This document shows positions 1 through 20,333 of a stretch of DNA of 64,000 bases, piece after piece. Positions within the stretch are counted from its first letter, which is position 1; each line of letters begins with the position of its first letter. Source of the DNA: Tubiluchus corallicola (taxonomy: Eukaryota; Animalia; Priapulida). The notes under the pieces are model-generated. The model saw only the letters and a program-made list of their open reading frames with translations, was not told the origin of the DNA and searched no databases. The position numbers and the translations under genes are program-made. Location: contig JAQGDQ010000112.1 of NCBI GenBank assembly GCA_030141605.1, positions 310,001 to 374,000 on the forward strand, in the 5' to 3' direction.

Positions 1-235
1 GGGTAAGTGGTAGGACAATAGCATGATAAAGATTGGGATTGTTTAAGTGCTCAAGATATGAGCCAAAATGTGAAAATCACAAATGAGCAAAGTGCTTGGA
101 CCAGACATAGTCAAGTGATAAACACAATTGCACTTGCAGATTTGGATCTGATTCATTCAGTCTTGTTACTATTTATTACTGCTTGTGTGAACTGAAATAA
201 ATAAGTATTATAATTTGTTCATATATCTCTTTCAG

Positions 236-7040
<6,805 letters not shown>

Positions 7041-7999
7041 CGACAAGGTCTTTTAGGCGAGGCTTTTAAATGTGATTGTATAAAAACTATTTATGGTGTA
7101 TTAACGAGGTGAAGAAAATTATGTGTTCAGTGCTGCAAGCTCTAAGAGTTGCAAATCTAAGGCTCTCATCTCAGCAGTATTTTGCCTGTTTATTTTCATG
7201 GACTGTACGTGGGTGCTTCGTCACTAGATTATCATAGTTTTGTACTACCTTCACCCTCCACGTTGAGTAGAAAAAGTACGCATCCTTCAAGATGTGTTCC
7301 GTAAAGCATATTTTCTTTCCAACTTCTAAGAAACACTTTTGAATTTAGACTTACACATATTTTTCTTTGTGAGGTTTGTGATAAAAAAGGACAGCGTATA
7401 TTTTTAGTATTTGTTCGCTTTGGGAAAAATGAACCATTTGGGTTAATGGCTTGTATTATGTAAATAATTAGATATTTATTGTGGAAATAAATTTTATCAT
7501 TATGAATTTTCTAACCTTTTGTTCATATTTAGATATCTTTTAGACTGCATGAAGTCTGTGATAGTGTCTGCATAAATACATGAACTGCTTTGTGTAGACT
7601 TTAGTGACATTCTTTTCAATCAAATATTCATATCCACTAATTTGCTTGAATAGTTTCCTATACGTTTTGTCAGCTCTGCAAGCTGTAATCAAGCACTTAT
7701 TGGCAGCTTTTATCAATATGGCTTGACGGTTGTAGAGGGACTACAACCTATTCCAGATCAAAGATAATCCTCTGAAATGAGACATTAAACGGGTAGCATT
7801 CCTCATTAGAGGAAGTACGATAGCTGAAATCATCCAGCCTGATGTTGCCTAACCTTCTAGCTAAAGACAGATTACGAAAGAGAATTATGTTATGATAAGT
7901 TGGTATAAATATTTCACTTGGAAGCAAGCAACACTGTGTGGTCCAATAAAAAGATTAGCGCCATTGCTGAAAGAAAAGAGAAAATCAAAATCGGTTTCA

Positions 8000-9305
8000 T
8001 TTACACTTCTAGAAAAACAGAAGTTGTCTTCTGATTCTCTTCTATTTTAGCAGCAACATTAAACAATAAAGAAAAACAATAAAATTTCTACAAGTTAATC
8101 ACATTAAACAATAAAGAAAAAGATTAAAATTCTATAAGTTAATCAAAGTACAAAAATACGTAAGTAATTACCAAGTGCATGTCAAAACCAGACATACAAT
8201 CTATGCAATGAGGTTCTGTTAGATTGTCAATAAAACAAATTACATAATCAAGTGAACTTTACAAATAATTTACAAAACCGAACTAGCATTGGACAAGAAT
8301 CAATTCAATAACAATATGAACCATCCCTTAATTCCTGACCATTTGGTAACAGGTCTTGCTTTCTGACTGTAGTATCTTTAGAGTTTGGTACCATGACGGG
8401 CGTAAAATGGGGCGGTGTTGTGACAACCTATGGAAAAGGATACTAAACTGAATATTATTACAAAAACATTACCTGTGTCTGCCCTATCATTTGCTTCAAT
8501 TTAGTTACCATGCGACCTTCTTTGTTTACTTAGAAATACGTTATACTGTACCACAATATTATCTAATACTAATTAGAGAACATAAAGATGGCAAAAAAAC
8601 AGCGACCATGGAAGAAGCCATCCTCTTGTGAGTAACATGCTATGCAGTTACTGATTTTTCTACAATCTTGTAAATTTCAGTTTTGTCCTTTAATCATCCT
8701 TTAAACAACAGGATGATTACATTAGAAAATATTACCTGTGGTATCGTGGAGGTTGTTGTTGAGGTCACCGCATTTTGACGCACAATTAGTTAAGGCTGAG
8801 TGGAAGGCACTACACCATGCATCTATAGAACATCTAGTAATCTGTTTATAATTTTACAGAAAAGAAACGACAAAGTTCGATGGATATCATCATAATTACG
8901 TTGTGACGTTTACTAACATAATTCTCATTTACATATTGTATGTTATGAAGTGATAATGTAAATAAGCACATCATGATGTTTTAACTCATTTGTTTATTGC
9001 TTTCACTTACAAATATATACAGGTGACACGGTAATGGACATCAAATACTAATAACACTTTTCGAGAACAAACTTTAGGTAAAAACATTCACTCTGATGTG
9101 TTAATGAAAACTAAAAGTTTAATTCAGTCTTAATTTATTTTAATCCATTTACCATAACAAAATAATACTCAAATATAGTGAAAATACCAAATTAAAATAA
9201 ACAAGCATGGTATTTTGTTCACCGTATTTATGTATTATTTTGTCCAAAAGCAAATTTTAATCTTGCTCTTGACAGTAGTGTATCTGGGAAATGAATGGAA
9301 ATGAT
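8000..9305. repeat. ~1.3 kb segment, copy 1 (copy 2 at ~20908-22092), containing minus-strand exon-like relics
   Basis: Colinear similarity from ttacacttctagaaaaacagaagttgtcttctgat (8001) / ttacgcttctggaaaaaacagaagtcgtcttctgat (20908) to gtatctgggaaatgaa (~9295 / ~22082). Confidence 0.9.
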
Positions 9306-10176
9306 TGCCTACGAGCTAAATTCATCCATAATAATACAGTTCTAGTAAATATTGCAGCAATTTGAATAAAATGGCTACGCCAAGTGTGAAAAATAGTGAA
9401 ATTTCAAAATTGGAACAAACGTAGAATTAACGCCTTTGCGTTCTGATTGCGTTTTGCTTGATATAATCCTTTAACTACTTGATAATTTTTGTTTGCCTTA
9501 AGGAATTTTGTTTGTTTTTTACTTTCATTTGACATGAGATATCTTTATTGATTTTTTTGTATTGCATGTTGACATTACTATTTACCATACATTTATGCAT
9601 ATAGTGTAACTGTTATTATTATTATTATTCAAAATGTAACCTTGTATTCAATTCTCAAAAAATTCTCGTTTACTATTTTTCCACCCTTTTAAAATTTGAC
9701 TAGATTAAATATACCCAATACCATTTCTGCTACTTAGTACATAATTTAATACCAAATCTATTTTTAATATTATAATGTTTTTTCGTCTAAAATACACCTT
9801 TAAGTAAACTTGTATTTTTATAAGAGGCAGCTGATCAAGTAACCAATAGCTTCTTCGTTGCTCCTCAGTTGCAACAAAATGTAAAAATAATTATGTCAAA
9901 TTTTAACTGCTAATAAAGAAAATAAAGTCAAATTGAATTGAATTCAATTAGCTGCACAAAATGCCTTGCTTTATTAAAACGTACATTTTGAAATCTGGTG
10001 CATAGGTTTTAATATAATTACATAATTTTTTTAATATAAGTCCCTTAGAGATAGACAGGGTGTGGCTCTTGGTTTAGTAAGATTTAAAAAAGCAGAAACG
10101 GCGGACAAGTTTTTCGTACAGATCTCCCACATTGCCAAGAGCTAGAAAGTGAAAGATAGCAGATGACGAGTTTAAC

Positions 10177-10547
10177 GTAAGACTTCGATTACTTAAAGTT
10201 TACGTTACCAGCATATTTATGTATAACAGCGAAACTTGGGGTATAACGATTACTCAAGAGAGGCAGATTAAGACATTTCATAGAAATCTTCTTAGGAAAG
10301 TTTTAAAGATAAAATGGCCAGAAATGAAGACTTAAGTTATACTTTTTTGTTATAGTACACCAGAACAAAAGAAAATTATTGGAGTTCAAAAGTCAAGATC
10401 CGAAGATTAAGATGGCTAGTACATCTTCTAAGAGTACCAAATGAAGCACCAGTAAGAATTGTCTTAAAGGAAGCCTTAAAACTATGTTGATACCTCAATG
10501 CCTACAACAGGTGGAATGAGATTTTGATGATGAAGATGATGATGATG
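10177..10547 (+). mobile_element. RTE-clade LINE 3' fragment (decayed ORF2 C-terminus with (GAT)n tail)
   Basis: Translates VRLRLLKVYVTSIFMYNSETWGITITQERQIKTFHRNLLRKVLKIKWPE, then after a disrupted stretch KIRRLRWLVHLLRVPNEAPVRIVLKEAL. These are typical RTE post-RT motifs; a gatgatgaagatgatgat tail follows. Confidence 0.8.
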
Positions 10548-11014
10548 AACTGCCACACGTGCATGATTTGAATTTTATAAAAGGCTCACTGTAAATTGCG
10601 AACGAGTAATCTACGAGCTCCATAGTGGAAACAGCAAAACTACAACAACTAGGCCTACATAAACCATGGAATGCTGATGCAGGATTTACATGGTTAGGCA
10701 GTTAGTATTTGTCTTAGCTAAAATAAAAATAATTAATACTGACAGTATGTATACCTTGTACATACTTATAGATTTTATTTACAAATGTAATGAAAATTTT
10801 GCGTACATGTACGTTTAACCATTGTAAGGTAAATCCAGGAAAATATTGGTAACACCTTGTTTATTTTTAAAGTTAAAGCATGAAAATTAATAAAAAATGT
10901 AATTGGTCAAACAAATAATTAATATATAGATGAATGAACAGATTAGCAATTTTTGTGCTTCTATATCGATTTTTAAAATAATTATTTTATAGTCATGAGT
11001 CTAAGTTATTTGTG

Positions 11015-11145
11015 CAACCAACTAGAACCAACATCAGATCACACTTCTTTTGCGCATCGTGTAGTTCAACCATGGAATTATCTTTCATCATCAACCATCA
11101 ATGCTTCATCGGTTGACAGTTTCAAAAGGCTTATGAGAAAGGACC
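11015..11145 (+). mobile_element. CR1/L2-type LINE extreme 3' ORF2 fragment
   Basis: Reads RTNIRSHF, then after a frameshift FAHRVVQPWNYLSSSTINASSVDSFKRLM, resembling the 'FFS.RVV..WN.LP....A.SV..FK..L' ORF2 terminus. Confidence 0.65.
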
Positions 11146-11507
11146 ATTTATAGATAGTTACCATCTCGGTCCTTATTGCTTTGCATAAGCTGTAAGGTAT
11201 AGAGAACTAATGAATTAGCCCTATAATGTTGCGTACCAAAAATTACTTGAATTTTTAAACCAAACTCGAGTGACAGGAAATATGAAAAACTTCGGATGTA
11301 GTCTGGATTATTAGATCTTTTTTATTTTGATTAATTTTGAGACAGAAATTTATAGCAGATAATTAATTAATTGCTATAAACTTAATTTCAAGAGTATTAT
11401 TGTGAAAAACTTCCTGTTACAAACCTTCAATTAATTACATCTTGATGCCTAACCTGAAAGACGACAAATGTGAAAAAATCGGTATATGCAGCCTGGATTT
11501 GAACCAG

Positions 11508-11510
<3 letters not shown>

Positions 11511-11571
<61 letters not shown>
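11511..11571. repeat. (CT)n microsatellite
   Basis: Perfect CT run. Confidence 0.98.
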
Positions 11572-11572
<1 letters not shown>

Positions 11573-13105
11573 ACATTGTTTGCGGTACATCCTGAGCATC
11601 GGTCTGCGACGACGGATTGAGAGGAAATTCCATTAACTCAAAAGAATGAAAGACCTCAACAATGCAATGTATAATCCCTATAACATCATTACAGGGAACC
11701 TGCTAGGACCCAGAAAAAAGTACTTTATAAGGATACATAGCTAATCATTTGCTTGTGTCTACGATGTAGATGGACAAACATGTATTAACAATAAAAATGT
11801 ATAAATATTGTACAATACATGGTTTTATAGAGGATGTAAAGACAGTGAAGCACTTTTAGAAAATGCTGTCATGTATCACTGTTTGCAGTAAGCTCTGATT
11901 CAATGAAAATGACTTCAATAAACTAAAAATTATACAATGTTTCATATTAAATTTCGTATACACATTTAGTTGTGAATTTGCGAGACATGTTCAGTATAGT
12001 CAATGAGATTAAAAAAGTCAGTCAACTTTGTTTACACAAAATTTCTGTTTGTATCTGTAAAAAGTTTTTACATTAGGAATAGGATTCATCACTGGGTGAA
12101 TCATCTCAGTAGTGAGCTGCCTGTGTAGGTATGTAAAACACATGGGCATCAAGCTGCTGATTGACTCATTGTTATTAAATGCAGTAGTAGATAAGATGAC
12201 CTTTCAACATGGCAGGTTAACTCTGCATGCTGCCTGCCCAACAACTTTGTCGCTGTACCTGGAATGTCGGGTTAACCTAATAATGCATAGTCATGCAGAC
12301 AATGGGGCTAGACGAAAAGTCCGCAATATGTAGTAACAGAGTATTCTGTATTTAAAGCTATTATACTAGTTAAATAAACGCTGAAAGATCATTCATTATT
12401 GTGAGTTCGCATTACCCGTGTTTAGGCAATAAACCATGTTCGCTATAATGGCGTGTTTAGGGCAGATTCACCTAACGGGATATTAGATGACAGAAAGTGA
12501 AAAATAAGGCTCCACTATAATTATGTGACTTAGTATTTTTGTGGAAAATTTTAGCTTTTGTTGTGGTTGGTGATACCCTTCAAAGATATATGTAACAGCA
12601 CCATAAACCAACAACAAGACCTAAGTGTGTTAATTCATTTATGTGTCTGTCTGCATCTCCTTGCTATTTTGAAGAACTCCAAAATTATAGTTAGATACGA
12701 GTACAATGATGTCACGTCTACAAAGACTTATATTATGCTCATAATATTGCCTGCATTGTCCAAACCACGCCTATATTGCATTTTTGCTGTGAACTAATTC
12801 CTCCACGATCTCGTAGTGATGATTTTCAATTGGACATGCTCAGAGTTTTTTGCTATTGCAAACTGTCAAAACTATTAATGCGTCCATTGCCATTCCAATT
12901 GTATCAACTGTTACTAATACTAATGTCCCAGAACCCTCGCTGCGATCTGATGGAGACCCGGCTAATCTTTAAAGTCAAAGTGAGGTCTTCCTTGGGTATT
13001 ATGGCATTTTAGAAGGTAATTATGTATTGCAACCACAAGGTCTTATTTTACTTATTTTAGCAACCATCTTAAACAGAGATTGGAAAACCTGGCCAAATCA
13101 TCAAG

Positions 13106-16100
13106 ATGAGATCATATAATACACTGCTGCACTTGATTATTATCCTGTTCATTACCTGTAAGTTCAATTAAAAATATTTTTTATGTCAAAAGTAATACTT
13201 TGAGACTGCAGTAATTTAAAAAGAATAACTAGTTTACTCATTTCCTATTTTCTTAGAAACATTGTATTTCAGTGCACAATTCTAATTGATAATTTAAACT
13301 TTATTTCCGATTTGCTATAATTACTATAATACTACATGGTTCCACATATTTTGCCTCTTCTAGTGCTATATATTGCACAGTTACATATTACTGAAGAAAT
13401 TAATTAATCAATTTAGCCAAATACCTAATTTGGAAAACTTATTTTGTGTTAGCACACCACAAACAGTTTCAATACAAGCCACACATTGGATGGCAGCTAT
13501 ACAATTAAAATTAGCACCTAATGAATTATACCATTTTCTTCCTACACAAAATCATGTGTTTGGCAAGTTCGTAATGCCTGCTGTAACAGTTGGTGCAATA
13601 TCTTTTTATTAGTTTTTGTGACAAAATTCCTAATGTACCTAAAGTTTACTTTACATTTTTACCTAAACTTTGTAAAACTTTTAAGATTTATTCGTTTAGC
13701 AACCTGAAAAATGAAATTAATTACTACTATTATTATGTAATTATTAAGTTCAATTACTCTTTTAAGTATTAGTAACTCACTGCAAAATTGATATTGTAGC
13801 GCAGGTGCTTGGGCGGCCCACTCTGCACAACCTCTACCTTTATTCCAAAACTAGTGTTATATTTCAACCCTAAACGTACCAGTAGTTCAAACCTAAGTCT
13901 TCTAAATTATTCTTTTACAAATGTTTCGGTTCTTATTGGCTAAATCTTCACACCTTTTTGCTTTCAACCAATCAGGCTTCATTTTGGCTCTATCTCTGAC
14001 ATGTGCACTACTTTGAGGAAGGTTATAAAGGGAGGGTAAAAACCTGCTGTACTTTGGAGCTACACTGGTAGTTGTGCAGAGTTGGTGGTTCTTGTGCTTG
14101 TGTTTCTTCCATCAGACTTAGAGCTCTCCTACAACCCGCTAGATGGCAAGTTTGGTATCAGTCTCTCCACTTTATTTCTTTGCTCTGTTTCTCTTTAATT
14201 TGTTTAAAATCTTGTCATAGTTAGCTTAGGCTTTGTAATATTTAAATCTCTTTCCAGTTAAATCTTCAGCGTTATTTAATTCAGCTTTGTTTAATTGTGG
14301 TTATGTGGAAATCATTATTAGGCTGTTCCGCTTCCGTACCTGCAGGCCCGAACCACCCCCGGGTGGTCGTACTTTATACACGTTACTTATGTATGCAAGT
14401 TATATAACATACCTGTATATATGATTATATGCTGTAGATATAATTATATATCTATATATACTTACTTGGTTATAATATTCTATTTTTGCATTTAGTTGAT
14501 TCATTACGCATATAGGATTTTTGGCATAGCAGCAAAATCCGAATCTTAATATTTAAGTGTGAGTTTTTTTGCAGATGTGCGGAGTGAACCACAATATTTT
14601 AAACAAGAACCTGAAGATGTTGCTGCTTTGCCTGGAGATGACGTTGTGCTACAGTGCGTAGCAAACACTGAATATACACGACTTGTAGGGACATGGTATC
14701 ATAATGACCGGGTCCTTGTTGTACATACAAGTGATAACCATGTTTTCATTGACAGTGATCCTCTTAACACTGGAAACTGGGATGTAAAGATTAAAGATGT
14801 AAATATAAATCAGCGCGATGGTTTCTATCACTGCCGAATAAGTGATTATGGCGATATAAATGAAGAGTCACGCAAAGTAGAAGTAAATGTTGTTGGTAAG
14901 TCAACACACTTGATTACCTCTTCTCAGTTTTTTTAAATCCGTAATTATACAATTTGACACTTAATCCATAGTAAGGGTTTTATACCTGATATTCAATTCT
15001 ACTATGCAATGGCTTTGTTTGGACGAATCCATAACAATCTAGCGGGGGGGGGGGGGTTGAAAATAAATGGCATTGCACATGTTTTATTTTTTATCAATTT
15101 TTGTTGTAAAATTTAAGATGTGTGTAAAGTTAATTTCACATTTTTACCTAAACTTTGTAAATTTTTTAAAGTTTAGTTACTTATTAATCTGGAAAATGAA
15201 ATTAATTGGTATTTTAAACAAATGTAATTCGTTGCAATAGTGGTAGTTATATAACTGCCACCCACAACAGCAGTAAACTATCCCAAGTTAAATTTGGCCA
15301 AAAGACGTATGACCCTGACAAAATTTTTGCAAAGCTGGTTTTTTTGCACAGAAATCCGAGTAACATTAAAAAATCCACACAAATCCACATTGGGGGAAAA
15401 GTGTCGTTGTGAACGACCGAAAATCATAAAAAATACATTTAATTTGCAATTAGACTAATAACCTGTTAAACCGCTATTACTGTAGTACATATGGTTTCTA
15501 TCTATCTGTTACCTATTCTAAAAATGTACCTAAACTTTGTAAATTTTTTAAAGTTTAGTTACTTATTAATCTGGAAAATGAAATTAATTGGTATTTTAAA
15601 CAAATGTAATTCGTTGCAATAGTGGTAGTTATATAACTGCCACCCACAACAGCAGTAAACTATCCCAAGTTAAATTTGGCCAAAAGACGTATGACCCTGA
15701 CAAAATTTTTGCAAAGCTGGTTTTTTTGCACAGAAATCCGAGTAACATTAAAAAATCCACACAAATCCACATTGGGGGAAAAGTGTCGTTGTGAACGACC
15801 GAAAATCATAAAAAATACATTTAATTTGCAATTAGACTAATAACCTGTTAAACCGCTATTACTGTAGTACATATGGTTTCTATCTATCTGTTACCTATTC
15901 TAAAAATGTGTTTAACCTAATAGTGAACGGTTGCTCTAGTTTTGCTCTATTCGGTACTAGCAGTTGGCTTTTACAAGACATTATATGCAGACATCATTTT
16001 ACCTATATTTCTGTGGCAACTTCTGTATCAATAAACGTTTAAAGTATATTCTACTGTTATACCTTTTGTCAACACGACAAAAAGGTTGAGGCTGTAAATT

Positions 16101-19100
16101 CAAAATGGCCGTTAACGCTGCTTTAAATTCAAAATAACTCAACTAGGGTAGCGTTTAAGATAGCTTAAATGTATTACCATGGATAAAAGTGTATGGCCTA
16201 TCAGAAAAGTGCTGTTGCAAAATCATGCAAAATGGCAACAAAAGCAGCGTTAAAGGCCCATCTAAGAAGCATTAAAGATGACATAAATGTATAAATGTGA
16301 TACAAAAGTGCATAAGGCCTAATCAAAAAATGGTGTTTCATGGTCAATGTCATTCAAAACAGGTGCAGTATCAGTTATTTCCTCATTCTGGCAAATCTAA
16401 TTGTATCAAGCTATCATACACTACAAACCACATGTTTGGCAAGAACATGCAGCCTTACAAGATGTCTTGCACTTACAATGAACAATATTGAAGACGTCTG
16501 TTGGAGCAGAGATGCTGCCCATGATATCTAACAAAAACTTGCCACTTTCATAATTTATAGCCCCACTTTTTGGGATAGCTAAGTTACAAGTGCCGAAAGT
16601 TTCTTGCAGATCATTATTTGAAGGTGCATACGAAGGATGTGAAAATGTGCAGCATACAATGCTGGTGTAGATCTTCTGATCTTGCAACGCAGTTTGGCGG
16701 AGCTACACAGTTCATGTAATTGTGCATATCTCAATTCACTATGGGTATTTTTTTGTTTCTTTCCGTTTATACACTATTACAAAAAAATTGAGCTTTTCAG
16801 AAGAAATGTGCACGTCGCAGCATTGTCTTTATGAATATACACTCCTTATACATGTGCTGGTCTATCATTTACAATGTGTTCAGTATCTTAGTTTTCCCCG
16901 AAAAAAGTGGCCGACGTTACATTGGTGGCCATTTTGAATTGGTGACCATGATCTGCTCCGGATTTCATTTTATCTTTCTTGGTTTGTGTTATTAAGTTTT
17001 AAAATTATTTGTGATTAAGTGAGTTGTGGTTTAATCCCGTCAACTTGGTTTGCATTTCATTTCAGTGTGTAAGTGTTAGCTGTAAATGCTTGTTAAGTGT
17101 TTCATTTTACTTTTTTATTTTTCTAGTTAATTGTAAAATAGGAATTGTGGGTACAGTAGACAGCATTATACTATTATTAATCTAATTAATATTGGCATAG
17201 TTATTCTGTTTAATTTGTTAATGAGTAGACAGCCACCTACAATCTGTGTTTTTTAAGTTAGGAATGCCAATAAATTATGCCTGTGAGAGTAACCATTTTT
17301 TAATGATTTCAAATTATTTGTTTAAATGTTTGTAGGCGTATATACTGAAATGGACTATTTAGTAGACAAAAACACTATTTTTGACAAAGTCTTTTTGACA
17401 ACTAAATCAGCTATTATGTATATTTCTCTCAATAACAATGAAAAATGACAGTAATTTTAGACAGCAACATTTAAAAGCACCTTAAAAGCGCCATGGAAAA
17501 GGCCTAAAGCTAATATGATGCAATGTCATTTTAATAGTTGCTGTCACAAAGAAATGACCAGTGACAGAAATTTTGTGGGTAGCTGCCACGAAGACATGTC
17601 CATCAAATTTTAGCAGTATTTTCACCCAATTTAGTGAATAAAACTGTGACAGGTTATAAAAGCTCCAAAATGGTATTTTGACAACGAAAAGGCACCGTGT
17701 CAGTATTATCGTTATTCACAAATAGCATATGAACCCATGGACCCATGCCTATACATTCAAATTGCTCATAAATGAGTATTCTAAGATGTTATTATTATAT
17801 ATCCTAATATAATATCCTATATATTTAATATTTTAGCTACTAGTACTTGATTTAGTTTTTATTATTTATTCACTTGCTGCTTAATTAATTCATTCTTATC
17901 AGACTTAGTGTGTATAATACAGTAACTGTTTTGCAGAAACGGTAAATTTGTATTTTCGGGTAATAATTGGAACTCTGTGTTTATGAATCAATTTAAAGCC
18001 ATAATTACAATAGTTTCAGCAAATATTAGTATGTTGCTGAATGATGTGCCACACGTGAAACACTCGATTACAGTTGAAGCAGAAGACATCTCTAATCAAC
18101 TCAAATGTGAAGCGAAAAGCAACTGCAAAGTTCTGCCAACTATAAGTTGGTTTATTGGTAATATCTTTCTAATTATTATATACTTCAAAAATTTATGTAG
18201 CTTATCCTGTTTTGGTAATGATTAATCATATCATCATCATCATCATCACCAGCTACATGGTGTCATTGCATCCACACATATGCCTTGCCAGCTTTTATAA
18301 TACCCTTGTCACTACCACCACTACAACTAAAGTAGCCCTTACTTAAACTAGATTAAAAAATTTTAAATAGATTATCGTTGACATAAATGAAATATTAAGT
18401 GCACGTTAGGTGCATTAAATTTAAAACCTATTTATTTATATATGCCATATATTTTCTTGTTATCATCAGGTTATAATTTATAATATAGTCAGGTTCAGCT
18501 CCTGTCAACTGTCGTTCAGAAACTATGGTAGGTGCAAACACCAATTTTACTAACGTTGTGAGCACAATGGATGATTATTCATTTAAACCTGAAGACAATG
18601 GAAAACAGCTGACCTGCCAAGTTTTTATACATGATATTTTAGCAAAGCAGTTTATTAACAAGACACTAGCTGTCCAATGTAAGTTAAATTTTTATTAATT
18701 TATCTTCCTGCTAGATGTAAGTAAAACTTTTAGACCGAGTGTCCATGTTACAACAACCTCATTAGGAACCCATTTTGAACATTGTGTATTGAAGAAGTGT
18801 ATGTAGCATGCAGCAAATGACCTTGATGGGTGTGGGTCTTTTTGAGCGAAAAATCAACCAAAATTGAACAATATATATAAGTAATGTTAATATCAAGATT
18901 ATTGTTAATGATGTTACAAATGCAAAAAGTTTTAGTTTTGATGCCCAGGCTTTTCTTTTTCTTTCACTCTCTTTCTCTTTATCCTCTTTCCCTGTATCTC
19001 TCCTTCTGTCTTGTCTTGCTTCCTGCTATATCAGTAGATTCGTTTTTGATGCAGATATCACATCAGCTTCTGTGAAGTTGGCTAACAGAGATGATACCAA

Positions 19101-20333
19101 GATTACAGTTGGCAGTGACTTTGAGCTGATTTGCAATGCAACTGGGAATCCAGAACCTTCTTATCAGTGGAGTGGTCCTAATCTGTCAATTGATAATGCT
19201 GGCAAAAAAGTTATGAAGCAAAATGCTGAATTACTTGATGGAGGCACATACACTTGTACAGCTAGGAATGTGGTTCGAGAGAGAAAAGGTAGCATAACTA
19301 TAAAAATAGTAAAAGAAGGCGACAAAGAAGAAAGTGGTGACAAAAATGGTGGTGGAGGATCTGGAGATGGTGATAATGGTAAGTGCATTGATTAAGGATC
19401 TAAGGGAATTGACCTTGCAAATGCACAAAAATGGTTGTTAGTTATGTAATATTTTTGTTTCTGTTGCCAGAGTGTCATACATTTTAATTTTAATTGGAAG
19501 TACTACTACCAATAAAAAAACACCTATGTGCTGTCACCTACATTTAAAATTGTTCTTTCTTAATTTTAGTTTAATCTAGAGAAATAGAGTAGATTGAATT
19601 ATTTTATATTAATTAATTATACACATCATGTAATCAATAAGCGCAACAAATTGTTTAACATTAGGTCCATGCTTATACTATTCTGTAATATTAAGTGCAC
19701 TTGTTGCAATTAGTTGTTGTCATTGACATCAGCTACTCCTTTTCCTAGAATCAATGTTAACAGCTATGTCAGGGCAATGACTTTCTGGAAACAGCACTGA
19801 CCAGTTGTGCTAACTTCCTAGAAATAGCAGTGTGAGCACCTGCGTCCGCTTCTTGGAAACAGCCACATCAGGGCAATGACCTGCTGTGCCCATTTCCCTT
19901 CTTCTTGGAAACAGCAATGACCAGCTGTGCTTACTCCCTAAAAATAGCCTTAAACACCTTCTTGGAAACAGCCACGTCAGGGCACCGACTCACTGCCTAT
20001 ACAGCCAATGAGTAACCAGCTGCATTGACCAATAAAAGTCAATCTCACAACTGACCAGAACTTGGCTGACAGTAGTAATTATGTACCTATCTTAGGACCT
20101 ACCTTTCAAGTTTCTTGATTCCAGCCCTCTGTGTTTTGGAGTTAACAGGAATCAAATATTGTAAAACTGAATACCTAACATCATGATGAAAAACCAGCAT
20201 AAGGGCTCTAGCTCCTACATATGTGACTTTAGTCACAAGCACTAACATTCTTGATTTTGTTTCAGGGCAAAATGGTAGCAACTTTTTGAGAAAGTTTTCG
20301 TTTGGGCACACTGTTATTGTTAATTTTGTTTAG
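13106..20333 (+). CDS. IgSF cell-surface protein 'gene 1': signal peptide + 3 Ig domains + Gly-rich stalk + short hydrophobic (GPI-signal-like) C-terminus; nectin/CADM/Kirre-like domain layout
   Basis: All phase-1 junctions: leader 13106-13157 (MRSYNTLLHLIIILFIT), D1 14575-14895 (FKQEPED..VVLQC..WYHN..DGFYHC), D2 18014-18157 + 18493-18678 (LKCEAK..ISWF / PEDNGKQLTCQV), D3 19055-19378 (CNATGNPEPSYQW..DGGTYTCTARN). Terminal exon is either 20266-20333 (GQNGSNFLRKFSFGHTVIVNFV*, homologous to A1/A2) or 19665-19726 (GPCLYYSVILSALVAISCCH*). No stops or frameshifts. Confidence 0.88.
15145..15909. repeat. Apparently perfect tandem duplication of a 382 bp unit in a gene 1 intron
   Basis: tacctaaactttgtaaattttttaaag starts at 15145 and 15527; both copies end ...acctattctaaaaatgt. 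I saw no mismatch. Confidence 0.93.
16380..16700 (-). mobile_element. Decayed DNA-transposon ORF C-terminus with a Cys-rich CXC finger (Academ-like, inferred)
   Basis: Across frameshifts: TPALYAAHFHILRMHLQIMICKKLS, PKKWGYKL, SAPTDVFNIVHCKCKTSCKAACSCQTCGL. This matches the 'LPPT..A..H..R..Q...W..P..WGW..AP..L...C.CK..C...CSC...GL.C' pattern of transposon proteins. The superfamily assignment is from memory. Confidence 0.6.
19770..19990. repeat. Degenerate short tandem array (cttcttggaaacagc / cagggcaatgac modules)
   Basis: ggaaacagc occurs four times and cagggca three times within ~220 bp. Confidence 0.7.

Noticed and set aside
11427-11636. ORFs with poly-(RE) or poly-(SL) runs (also 32679-32867 and 44198-44425)
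   Set aside because: They are translations of (CT)n microsatellites.
13795-14380. Possible solo LTR (TGT...ACA) with an internal inverted repeat actctgcacaac/gttgtgcagagt
   Set aside because: No matching target-site duplication and no second copy in the window; boundaries unsupported.
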